This document shows positions 23,227 to 33,717 of a stretch of 64,000 nt of DNA, one piece after another. Under the pieces are notes generated by a model that was not told the DNA's origin, did not search any database, and saw only the letters and a program-made list of their open reading frames with translations. The position numbers and the translations under genes were made by a program. Numbering within the stretch: position 1 is the stretch's first letter; the number at the start of each line of letters is the position of its first letter. Source of the stretch: Guillardia theta CCMP2712 (lineage: Eukaryota > Protista > Cryptophyta); contig NW_005434493.1 in assembly GCF_000315625.1 (NCBI RefSeq), positions 1 through 64,000 of the forward strand, in the 5' to 3' direction.

Positions 23227-24668
23227 TGGTTTAAAGCTGACGGTTGTTCAGACCTCGACAAGAGAGGGCACTTGTCTCTGAAGTGACCGAACTTCTGACA
23301 GTTGTAGCACTTCACCTTCTTCTTGTCGAACTTCTTCTCCTTGCCCTGCATGTCCTCGCTCTGAGTAGGAGCCGACCGCTTGCCCTCATGACGAGGTTGT
23401 GCTTGGGTGAAATGAAGACTCGTCTGACCGTCTTGTGGGTGTCTCTGACGCAGATTAAGAGCTTCGCGATACAACTGCGGCAAATACTTGCCCATCTCCG
23501 ACGGCTCCGCATGATAAGTAATCCCAAACGTCTTACCATCGCGTTCCATCAGCATGCTCAATTCCTTCCGTAGCATAGCACGTGCATAGTCCATTTGAAT
23601 CCCATCGACAAAGGCGCGTTCCCAGCTACCTAGCGCAACACTAGGTCTCTTGGACACAAGGTAGCACGCCTGCAGGTGTGTAACCATCGCCTGGAATCTT
23701 GCGGTGTACGCCTCAACGGACTCCTTGGGCCCTTGCCTAGCCTGCTTCTGCACATGACGCTCAAGTTTCTCAATAAACTCGAATGGTAACCATTTCAACA
23801 ACAGTTTCTCCACAAACTGTTCCCAATCACCATGCTCAGCAGAGAACTGATCTTGCTCAGTCATCGGGAGTGTGGCCCACCATAGCTGCACCTCCGGCCC
23901 GAACGCGGAGATGGCCGCTCCTACCCATCGATGGCGTGCTATACGGTGAAATTTACACCTGCCTTCGATATATCCGAGCCATGAGACCACCGACCTCTCC
24001 ATGGTCTGCTCACCATTGTACTGCAACAATGACTTCGGATCCAGCTTGCAAATCTGACCACCGTCATTCTCCGCATGCTTAAGCTTGTGAGGCTTGTCCT
24101 CGGGTTCCCGAACCCGCTCACAAAGCAGTACACGCATCTCCGCTGCCTCCTTGGCAAGCCTACGGTTCTCTCGCTGGGATTCCTCAAGTGCCCTCACAAG
24201 ATCCTGGAGTTTGCGATCAGCTTCTCTCTGGGATTCTGCGAGTGCATTTACGAGATTGTGCATCTTATCCATGTTGTTCTGTTCCACCGACCTGAGCTCT
24301 CTACATGTCCGGCGTAGGTGCTCGTTTTCCTCCACGATGTCACGAAAACTGGCTTTCAAGGGAAGGGCGGGACCATCTCTTTCGTTTTCATCCCTGCTCT
24401 CCAACCATGAAGGCACTGTACGACCACTGTCAACACTGTCGGCACGTACGACAGCCTCCTGCTGAATGACAGTTTCCGACGGATCGTACGCATGTGACTG
24501 CGGCGACATGCCTGTCACCGTAGGAAAACGCTGCTCTGCTGACCCATTCAATGTCTCCTTCACAAAGCTGCCCAACCGCGACATGCTTCGACTCATGAAG
24601 TCCGAGACGACGCTACCTGACTGAATGCTCGTCCTATCCATGTTTTCTTGAACAACTTCTTTCAACAC
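23223..24668 (-). CDS. Gypsy gag
   Basis: QGPKESVEAYTARF; CYNCQKFGHFRDKC zinc knuckle. Confidence 0.93.
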   Translation of the reverse strand: MLKEVVQENMDRTSIQSGSVVSDFMSRSMSRLGSFVKETLNGSAEQRFPTVTGMSPQSHAYDPSETVIQQEAVVRADSVDSGRTVPSWLESRDENERDGPALPLKASFRDIVEENEHLRRTCRELRSVEQNNMDKMHNLVNALAESQREADRKLQDLVRALEESQRENRRLAKEAAEMRVLLCERVREPEDKPHKLKHAENDGGQICKLDPKSLLQYNGEQTMERSVVSWLGYIEGRCKFHRIARHRWVGAAISAFGPEVQLWWATLPMTEQDQFSAEHGDWEQFVEKLLLKWLPFEFIEKLERHVQKQARQGPKESVEAYTARFQAMVTHLQACYLVSKRPSVALGSWERAFVDGIQMDYARAMLRKELSMLMERDGKTFGITYHAEPSEMGKYLPQLYREALNLRQRHPQDGQTSLHFTQAQPRHEGKRSAPTQSEDMQGKEKKFDKKKVKCYNCQKFGHFRDKCPLLSRSEQPSALNQ

Positions 24669-24708
24669 AACAACTCCGAGAGGAAAACCAGGCCTTCGCG
24701 TACCAAAA

Positions 24709-24936
24709 TGTTAGGAAAACTTCCTACAAGTATCTCTCGATCCAGCGTTGACACACGAAGTGATCCCGTCAAGAAACCAAAGAACAAGCGCGCGACAGCA
24801 ATGCACAATTCAACGGCAATTTACTCCAAATCAACGTTAGAGATAAAGAAAAGTAAGTAATCTAATTTCCTAAGAAACGAGACTGCCTAGGACACCTACT
24901 TAAGAAAGACAGGAAGTCAGTAAACATATCCTATCA
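24709..24936 (-). repeat. 5' LTR
   Basis: Followed on the - strand by a TGG-starting PBS. Confidence 0.95.
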
Positions 24937-25473
24937 CACCTGTCTGGAAAAGTATGCAGGGATCCCAAGTACCTTCATGGTAATCGTCTGCACCTTGGTG
25001 CCCTGATCATCATATGATCTGGCCTCCATCTGCCTTTGTCTGTCAGCTTGGAACTCTGACAGGTACCACTGCTTGACATCGTCACCCCACTGCCTGAGCC
25101 CTTTCGGATTCTCCAGTGACGAGGGTTCAGCAAAGCTGCATGTCTGACTGATGGCTTCGGCTAAGGCTTCCAAGGATATTTCTTTTGCTTTCAGAGCTTT
25201 GCTCGTCCTGCTTTTGGGGTTCTGCCTTGCGAATTCATCCAGTCTCCGCATCAGTTCGGCTGATGACGGCATCGTTGCAGCTTCCGTCTGCCTCTTGAGG
25301 TAGCTGGAGGTACGGTACTGAACGATCTCGTCAGGGTTCACAATAGATATTGGCCACATGTTTCGAAGCATTCTCGATGGTTTCCCGAGCTTCCTGCGTT
25401 CCTGGCGACTCTTGCTCTACCACGCAGGGATCCCGCTGATCTGCATGCCTCAGATAAAGGGATCCTGCCTCAG

Positions 25474-25602
25474 CTTGCGCTCTCCCTACGCGCCGCAGGG
25501 CAGCATGCTCTTACTAAGGGCCGGCTCCTAAACTAAGGGCCGGCTCCTAAACCCTAAAACCTAAACCCTAAAACCTAAACCCTAAACCCTAAACCCTAAA
25601 CT
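25474..25602. repeat. Family B 5' stub (~1.5 minisatellite units) plus a telomeric tract with CCTAAAA variants
   Basis: 25474-25525 is identical to 28383-28434. Confidence 0.9.
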
Positions 25603-26181
25603 CTAGTAGTAGTAGTAGTAGTTGAGTTTATTAGAATGCTAGGTAGGTTGCATGGCTTGTTATCGCCTTGCTCTATTCTAGTCTAACAGGGATCTCGTGA
25701 CCTGGCAGTTCGGCCCGACTTGGCTGGCCCCTATGGCAGCCGTGCTTCTGCTCTGCTCCCTCCTCTGATATACTTCAGTGGTCTTCCCCGGCCTCAGCCA
25801 GTGGAGTTTCCTCCGCCGGCCTTGGCCTGGGTCGTCCGTGCTGTCCACTTGTATTGCTTCCTCGGCCCCGACACACGTTGGCGGTCTCGGCCGGCCTTCG
25901 GCCAGTGAGTGGATGATGGGTGAGGTGGTAGGTGGAATGCGTATGGGTCCCTGGGACTCACGTCCCTTCACCCGGGCCTCGGTCCGGACCGGGCCCGAGA
26001 GCCCGGCCGGCCTCCGCCCGGCCTCCTCCTCCCGGCCCCCCTCCCCCCTCTCCCACTGGCTTACCTGCCCTTACCTTCGTTGCTTGCCCCATGTCCACCT
26101 CATTTATTTCTTCCTCCTTCCCCCCATGGGGCCCACAGCTCCGCTCCGCCTCTTGTCCACCTCTAAGACTTGACTCGAGCC

Positions 26182-28326
26182 TCAAGCGCGCGAGGGGCCT
26201 GCACCGGCCTCCTCCTCCATGCCCTCGCCCTCCTCAGCCTCCATGTCGACTTCCTCCCTCATCATCAGCCGCAGTCGGTCTTGCTTGTCGACCTTGCCCG
26301 TGCATTTCAGGCCTTGGTGCTCAGCAAATTTACTGATCGCAAGAAACAAGAGGCTGACAGATCGACTCTCGATGTCATCGCTCTCAGCCTCCTGCTCGAG
26401 CGCATCAGTCGCTGCTGCCCTTGGAGAGAAGGCGCTGCCCCTCCTCGCTGCCTTGTTCCCTTGCACCCGTGTCCAGCGCTGCTCGCCGAGGTACGCTCTG
26501 AGCTTTTCTTTCAACATGTTTCGCTTCGATCCCAGCGTCGGCGTGGCTGCCCAAGCTCCGAGCGTCATGAACTCCACGTTGCCCGGCGAGCAGAAGGTGT
26601 CATGCAGCTTGCCAACACTCTTGTCTAGCTCCAAAGAGATCGGCTTGCCAGCTAGCAGCTCCTCCTCTGATGTCTCCAAGAGCATCGTCGAGAGGTCGAG
26701 CAAGACCTGTTGATCGACTGGCCCTGACGGCGACGCTGCTTCCATGGTGATCCTGTCGATGTCGCTGAGCTCCAGCCATCCAGCGCCTTGCTGCTGCCCG
26801 GCTTGGGACTCTTGGGCTTGCTCCTCGCTGCTCGGGCTCCTCTCCTCCTCATGCTGAGGCCCGTTGAGCTTGAACCCCACCGCTTCGAGCTTGACTTCCA
26901 GGACCCCTTCCAAGTAGAAGGGCATGTCTTCCATCAAGCGTCGAGCCTCTGCCTTGGTCGCCAGGGAGAGAGCTATCAGGCTCCCATCCCAGCTGAGCGT
27001 GTCACGATCCTCCTCGACCTCGACGCTGACCGGCGTCACGCCTATCCTTCTTGCTAACTCCAACATGGCTCGCTTGACTCTCGTGATCGATGTGTTACCT
27101 CCTCCGCACAGCGCTTCCATCTCCTTCCTCGAGAAGCGGCCTGTGCTCATGCTTGACCTCGACTTGATCTGTACTCTGAAGCTGCTGCGCCCCGCATGAT
27201 CTCTCTCGCGAAGTGCCCTCCTTTGCTTAGCGATCTTTCCCCTAGGAACGAAGGTGTCGGCTGTGAGCTCGACTGCAAACGTCTCTCTGAGCTTGGCGTC
27301 GTCGCTGATGAGAGTCAGGTGCACCCCCTCCATCGCCTCGCTCTCTCTGAACGAGGCCAAGGTCTGCTCGCAACTTGCCGTCGAAGGCGAGCTCAGCACC
27401 CACTCCAGCTCTCTCTGCTGCAGAGCTCCGGTGCTTGCCCCAACAGCAACATACGTCTTCGGGCTCGGCCCCTTGCGACCTCTCTGCCCAGGACCCTGCA
27501 CGAGCATGCCAGCAAGCGGTTGTACCTCTGCGGCTGCAAGGGATTGCGAGAGCAGCTGAAATCGATAGATCTGAGCGATCTCGGCCGTCGACATTCCTCC
27601 AAGAGCTAAGAGCTGTGATAGCTCGGCAAGGCTCCCTCCCTTGCCCCAAGGTCCTCGCTTGGCTCGAAGCTTGAACGACCGGTCATGTGCATGGCTCGAA
27701 ACGATCTGCCATCTATGCTGTATTCTCTCCTGCCTTCCCATAGCTCCATGGCTGCTTCATTCCGAAGGAAGGAGACGGTGACTGAGATGTCGTCTGCTCG
27801 TGCTATCTCAGGTCTGTAAGGTGCTTTCCACATGATGGCCTTGTCGACTCCATCGACTGAGTCTACCATGAGACCTAGCTCCATAAGCTTCGTTTTCAAC
27901 TTTTCTTCTTGTCGAACAAACATCGAGGAAATCCCTAGGAGAGTCATGGAGATGAAGGAGGTCCCCTCGGTGCCTTCGGTGTCGGATGTATGTCTCGACA
28001 TTCTGCTTCTTGGCCTCCTCCATCTGTTGAATAAACCATGCTTTCGACTCTGAGCTCCATTCGCTCAGAGAGTCTTCAAACAGGTCGCGTCTCGCCTGCC
28101 GACATGTCGAGCGGATGGCTTCAGCGATAGCGTCGGGAGTGCATCCCCCCTCAGCTCTGCAAGCATAAGCTGTCCGACTATTCGGATAACGCTTCATGAA
28201 GCTCTTCACCTTCTCGACGAGGTCGGTGGCTTCCTCGACGTGGCCTCCAGAGCGCTCACCCTGCGTGTATTGGCATGATCTCCGATACAGCAGGTTGCGA
28301 ACGCTCTCATCATACTGTAGTACCAT
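26182..28326 (-). pseudogene. B2 ORF1 homologue (two frameshifts, ~27990 and ~27690)
   Basis: ORFs 27808-28326, 27606-28001 and 26182-27741 tile the B1 protein. Confidence 0.85.
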
Positions 28327-28414
28327 GCTTAGAAAGCTGTTTGAACTATACGAACCTCTTGCTCGCAGCTTCCACCGGTCCCCTTGCGCTCTCCCTACGC
28401 GCCGCAGGGCAGCA

Positions 28415-28814
28415 TGCTCTTACTAAGGGCCGGCTGCTCTTACTAAGGGCCGGCTGCTCTTACTAAGGGCCGGCTGCTCTTACTAAGGGCCGGCTGCTCT
28501 TACTAAGGGCCGGCTGCTCTTACTAAGGGCCGGCTGCTCTTACTAAGGGCCGGCTGCTCTTACTAAGGGCCGGCTGCTCTTACTAAGGGCCGGCTGCTCT
28601 TACTAAGGGCCGGCTGCTCTTACTAAGGGCCGGCTGCTCTTACTAAGGGCCGGCTGCTCTTACTAAGGGCCGGCTGCTCTTACTAAGGGCCGGCTGCTCT
28701 TACTAAGGGCCGGCTGCTCTTACTAAGGGCCGGCTGCTCTTACTAAGGGCCGGCTGCTCTTACTAAGGGCCGGCTGCTCTTACTAAGGGCCGGCTGCTCT
28801 TACTAAGGGCCGGC
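28415..28814. repeat. 20-bp minisatellite (TGCTCTTACTAAGGGCCGGC)x20 at the B2 5' end
   Basis: 20 perfect units followed by T-CCTAAA. Confidence 0.97.
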
Positions 28815-28815
28815 T

Positions 28816-28852
28816 CCTAAACCCTAAACCCTAAACCCTAAACCCTAAACCC
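28816..28852. repeat. Telomeric tract
   Basis: Direct reading. Confidence 0.96.
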
Positions 28853-31130
28853 CATGCTGCAAACTTCGCACGGCTTGCCCTGCGGCGAATCTGCAGTCTT
28901 GAACTTGCCAGGAACGCAGGCAACGCAGACGCCTAGCGATTGATTGTAGTAGCCGGGATCGCAGGAGCAGGACGAAATCTGCGTAGAACCGTTGGTGTTG
29001 CTGTGTGAATGGTTCGGACAGGGCAGACAGGCGCCTATCACGGCTATGTCAGGGTTGTACGTGCTGGCAGGGCAATTCTGGCACGACTTCAACGCAATGT
29101 CGTAGTAGGTGCCGGAAGGGCAAGGCAGGCAGTATCCAAGCACGTCGGAATAGCTGCGGTAGTAGCCAGGAACGCAGCTGCATTCGTAGCTCCCGGCAGC
29201 GCTCTTAGCGTAGGTAAAGCAGGGCTTGCAAGTGGTAGACGCTACAGCGCCGATCTGTGCGGAAAACGTGTCGGAAGGACAGGGCGTACAGGCGTTGTCG
29301 GATATTTGATCCTTGTAGTAGCCTTTAGATCAGGGAATGCAGGTCTTGGATCCGCCGGCAATCAAAGGCTCGTAACCAACCTGGCAAAGGCAGCTGGAAA
29401 TCAGACTGGATCCGTTCGCCAGTGTTGTCGTTAGCGCCGGACATGGCAGGCAATCATCAATCGTCACCGAAGCGGCAGTTTGCATGTAGAATCCGATAGC
29501 GCAGGCAACGCAAGGGCCTTTCCCTTGGTAGTTCTTGTAGTATCCGGATTGGCAGGCCGCGCAGGCAACGCCGTCGCTGTTAGCAGTGTATCCTTCCTTG
29601 CATCTGCAGGCCAGAACGTTCACCGAAGAGCTCGGCGCTACCGAATTGGAAGGGCAGGGTAAACAGCTGGCAACGCTGGCAGATAGCGTAGTGATAGAGT
29701 AGGTGTCAGCAGGACAATCCTTGCAGGCTTCCGTCCCGTTTCCGTATCGTCCAAGTCCGCAGCTCACGCAATCAACGCCTATCTTCTGGAAGCCGGAATC
29801 GCACTTGCAGTCTTCCAGCTTGGAAGCACCTGGGATGGAAGTGGAATGCAGCGGGCAGCTGGTGCATTGAAGGACGCTGGTAGCGCCTATCGCGGAGCTG
29901 TAAGTGTTTTCAGGGCAGAGCGTGCAGATGAAGGAAGCGGCGAAATTCTTGTACGGTCCGGCAGCGCACGGGACGCATCCGTTGGAACCATTAAAGTTGG
30001 TGTAGCCAGCTACGCACTGGCAGTCTTCAATCCTGGAAGAGCCGGCAGCGGAAGTGGTGAAGGCGGGACAGGGCTTGCAGGCCGTGTCTAACGCATAGGC
30101 TTCCGAATAGTAGTTTTCGGGACAGGAAACGCAGGCATAATCACCAAGGTTAATCTTGTTCGTTCCAGGCTCGCAGGGGACACAGGACGTGTTGCTGTCT
30201 GATTTGGTGAAAATGGAAGTGATGCTGCAATCTGCATCAATGTAATTCCTTGGAATGATAGAAGATGCGGCCGTGAACAAAACAAGCAAGACCACCATAA
30301 TCTCGTTTCAGTGTAACCAGCTGGACATGGACAATATACCGCGCTATAAGGCCGTAAACAATCAACCAAATTCAAGTAGACGATGTAATCAGTGGGACAA
30401 TCTTCGTAACAACGACTTCCAATAAGCGTCAGGCCGCTGGGGCAGGTGCAGATTGTCTTCTGTTGGATTGTAGTCTGAATCAGCTTGTAGCCGGGAAGGC
30501 AGAGACAGGAACCGAAGCTAGCAGAGCCGCGGCTGGATGTGGAATTGGCAGGGCAAAGCCGGCATGAAGTGGATTGCGTTACATCGGAATAAGTCCCTAC
30601 AGCACAACTTTCGCAGACGCTGGAAGAAGAAGCGCCGACAACCTTCGAAAAAGTGCCAAGCGGGCATGGAAGGCAGCGTGAAGAGCTGATCGCAGCAGTC
30701 TCCGGTTGGTAGGTTCCGGCAGGGCAAAGCGTACAATCACCGCTGCCTGTGCTGTTCTTGTAAGATCCAGCGGCACAAGGCAGGCAGTCGGCGCCGAAAT
30801 AGCCCTGCTTGCAGATACACAGTGAAGCATCCGTGCTTCCATCCCCAATGGCGAACTTACCGGTGCCGCAGACGGTGCATTCGCCGTTTCCGATCGCTGG
30901 CTTGAACGTGCCTGGAAAGCAGGGCTGGCAGCTGCCGTCGACCAGCAAGAAGTATCCCGCCAGACAGACGCATTCTGAAGCTGACTTGGAGCTGTAGATC
31001 GCTGTAGTCTTCGAAGCAGGGCACGAAGCGCAGAAGGTAAGACCAGCAGAAGGATTGTAAGAACCGAGCTGGCATTGGCTGCATGAAACATAGCCCGTTC
31101 CTTCATATCCGACGCTGCAGAGACAGATTT
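28853..31130 (-). pseudogene. Fragment of a Cys-rich repeat protein gene (GCC2/GCC3, ephrin-receptor-like)
   Basis: Many CxxCPxGTY / CxCxxGY repeats; one frameshift (~30290), an in-frame TGA at 29330, and the 3' end runs into the telomeric tract. Confidence 0.82.
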
Positions 31131-31207
31131 TAAGAAGTGTTACTATCCAAATAATTTGTACTATCTATCCAATTGTCCTATATCCATGATTTCCGGCGCG
31201 TTTCTGT

Positions 31208-31634
31208 CTAATACCCCCTCTTCGCTTCCTCCATCTGTTGCATAAACCATGCTCTCGACTCTGAGCTCCATTCGCTCAGAGAGTCTTCAACCAGGTCGCG
31301 TCTCGCCTGCCGACATGTCGAGCGGATGGCTTCTGCGATAGCGTCGGGAGTGCATCCCCCCTCAGCTCTGCAAGCCTGAGTGTCCTCAGTGACTACCAGG
31401 ATACTTGAACGCTTCATGAAGCTCTTCAATCTCTCGACGAGGTCGGCGGCCTCCTCGACGTGGCCTCCAGAGCGCTCATCATACTGTAGTACCATAGTTA
31501 GAAAGCTGTTTGAACTATACCAAGCACTTGCTCGCAGCTTCCTCCGGTCCCGGGCCCTTGCGCTCTCCCTATGCGCCGCAGATGTGCATGCCTCTGCTAA
31601 CGGGCCGGTCCCATGGCTCTGCTAAAGGGCCGGT
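31208..31634 (-). mobile_element. Family B 5' stub (B3) with two degenerate repeat units
   Basis: MVLQYDERSGGHVEEA... matches the B2 N-terminus with a deletion. Confidence 0.85.
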
Positions 31635-32164
31635 CCCTAAACCCTAAACCCTAAAGTGCTAACCCTGCTTCTGAGGTCTCTTTCTTCTTTCTACTTCCAG
31701 TCTTCTCTTGGTTTCCTCAGCCTCAGTCAGGCCTCTCCTCCCCTCGGCCTTCAGGCGCCACCTACTCCTCCTCCAATCAGCTTCCTCAGCCTCAGTCAGA
31801 AGAGTTGCCTCTCCTCACCTTCGCCTTCGATTGCCTCCTACATCCTCTCCTTACCTTGCTTACCGGGCCTTGCTAACCCGTCGGTCGCTCTTCGAGTCCC
31901 CCTCTTGTCCACCTCTTCTTCGCCTTCATGTCTTGCTTCAAAGCTCCGCTCAGCTCAAGCTCGGTACGGGCTCGCCCCGTCTCCTTCCTCGCCCTCGCCT
32001 TGCTCTTCCTCCATGTCCTCCTCTTCTTCATCATCTTCCCTCATCTCCACCCGCAGTCGGTCCTTCTTGTCCACCTTCAGCGGGCAGGCCAGCACATGCA
32101 TCTCTGCGAATTTCACGTGACTCAGTGCTATAAACAGGAAGCTAACAGATCCCTAAACCCTAAA
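31635..32164 (-). mobile_element. B1-like internal fragment (B4, 31656-32150) between telomeric tracts at 31635-31655 and 32151-32164
   Basis: Matches 13987-14465; lacks both the tail and the 5' end. Confidence 0.85.
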
Positions 32165-33116
32165 TCGTGTACGCGATCTTCTTGTTCATCGTAGTGAACG
32201 AGCAAGTCACAACCAGGCGATTGGTAAAGGTGGAATTCGCCGTAAGGAGGCTGCAAGGCATAACATGCGCCTACAACAACACCTGATGCGCACGGGTGCG
32301 TCCGATTAATCGTGCTCACTTGTTGTGTTCGGATTTACAAACACACCTTCCTTCAGTCGTGATACTACACTTGCAGTATCCGGACGAAGAAGAAGCCGCA
32401 ATCATCATGGCAACTCATCAGTTACCAGATCAATCGATCATCCAATGCACAACACGGTCAAGTTTACTAATCTTGCGCTGCACTCACCTCCTCGTTCATA
32501 CCCACAGCCAAACTCGCTCCTCCACTCCAATGAAGAACTGAACAAGCAGCGTTGTTGTTTTATTTGGCAAATAATACATAAGACCATGGGCCGAAGCTGA
32601 TGGCGTGTATTATTTGGCAAATAATACATAAGACCATGGGCCGAAGCTGATGCAGAGCACAGGATGAGGAGGAGAGGCTGCCAGGACAGAGTGAATCTTG
32701 AAGAAGATCGAGCTCAACAAGACATCGCTAACTCGGAACAGGGGGTGAGGGGGGAGAGCGCCTCGACAGGAGGAGCAGCGAAGGGTTGCAACCCTCCCAG
32801 CGAGCTTCCATGGCAAGCACCATGAAATCTGTCTCGAGACCTGTCGCTGAATGCACAGATGGCCATTGGTGTTGTTGTTGTTGCTGAATGCAAAGATGGC
32901 CATTGTTGTTGTACGTTTGGATCAACCACAGCGGCACCGATTAGTGTGTCCAACATGAACTACATTTTCGTTTGATTATCATGTTTGCTGTAATAGGCGA
33001 ATTATTCACAGCAAAGAAGCTGATTGTAACAGGTAAAGATGGTATTTATATAGCTGATATTGAACTGCAAACTAGGATAAACGTAGAGCTACTATATGTG
33101 ACTCTATTGCATCAAG

Positions 33117-33707
33117 TTACAACGTCGCAGGCTGCTTCTTGTCTTTGCGAAGCTGCTCCTCTTTCTTGCGAAGCTGCTCCTCTTTCTTGCGAAGCTGCTC
33201 CTTGTCTTTGCGGAGCTGCTTCTTGTCTTTACGTTCTGCATGCCTCCTCGGATCCTGTTGCCCTACACACTTGATCTCTTTCTCTACAACCTGAATATCG
33301 TTCTCTACACTCTTGATCTCTTTCTCTACACTCTTGATCTTTTTCTCTACAACCTCGATCTCTTTCTCTACCCCCTCGATCTCCTTCTCTAACCCCTCGA
33401 TCACTTTCTCTACCTCCTTTTTGGAGCTCTCATCTCCTCCGCGCAGAGTGAGACATTCTCGGACATTACCAATATTCCGTAGGTCACTCTCAGGGGCGTC
33501 TAGCAAAGTTTGTGCAGACCTTGTTTGGAATCCTCCGCTCAAACATGTCAAAGGTGTCAAAGATCTAGCAACCTCGAAGGCCCTACGAAAGCTTCCGTCC
33601 ATCTCCCTCCCATCAGCGAACTGCATGCTTGCCGGTCTCTTGAAGCATGCGAAGAGGACAAGCAAACCACGCATGGCAGGTACCGGCACAGCGGAGGCAG
33701 GCGCCAT
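33117..33707 (-). CDS. Possible secreted coiled-coil protein exon with heptad (21-bp) repeats
   Basis: Hydrophobic N-terminus, LTLRGG, EKEIEGV and KEEQLRK repeats. Confidence 0.4.
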   Translation of the reverse strand: MAPASAVPVPAMRGLLVLFACFKRPASMQFADGREMDGSFRRAFEVARSLTPLTCLSGGFQTRSAQTLLDAPESDLRNIGNVRECLTLRGGDESSKKEVEKVIEGLEKEIEGVEKEIEVVEKKIKSVEKEIKSVENDIQVVEKEIKCVGQQDPRRHAERKDKKQLRKDKEQLRKKEEQLRKKEEQLRKDKKQPATL

Positions 33708-33717
33708 CTCATCGGTC

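Larger units (their letters stand above)
19170..24936 (-). mobile_element. Full-length Ty3/Gypsy LTR retrotransposon with chromodomain
   Basis: 228-bp LTRs with TG...CA ends and 1 visible mismatch; 5-bp TSD CACCT; PBS-like TGGTACGCGAAGG; gag-PR-RT-RH-IN-chromo order. Confidence 0.97.
17455..25371 (-). pseudogene. A2 ORF1, split by the Gypsy element
   Basis: N-terminal 145 aa at 24934-25371 and C-terminal 529 aa at 17455-19044. Confidence 0.88.
16387..25473 (-). mobile_element. Family A copy A2: 5' part only (ORF1 plus protease), interrupted by the Gypsy insertion
   Basis: ORFs at 16307-17455, 17455-19044 and 24934-25371 closely match the A1 ORF2 N-terminus and ORF1. Confidence 0.9.
25603..28814 (-). 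mobile_element. Family B ORF1-only element, full-length copy B2
   Basis: (CTA)n tail, TCTAATAAACTCA, ~0.55-kb 3' UTR, a single frameshifted ORF, 5' minisatellite, telomeric repeats on both sides. Confidence 0.9.

Noticed and set aside
29330-29332. In-frame TGA at a Cys position as selenocysteine or recoding
   Set aside because: A single case in a truncated, frameshifted fragment; a nonsense mutation is simpler.
32559-32653. ~43-bp direct repeat with a period of ~51 bp
   Set aside because: A simple local duplication in degenerate sequence with no further structure.
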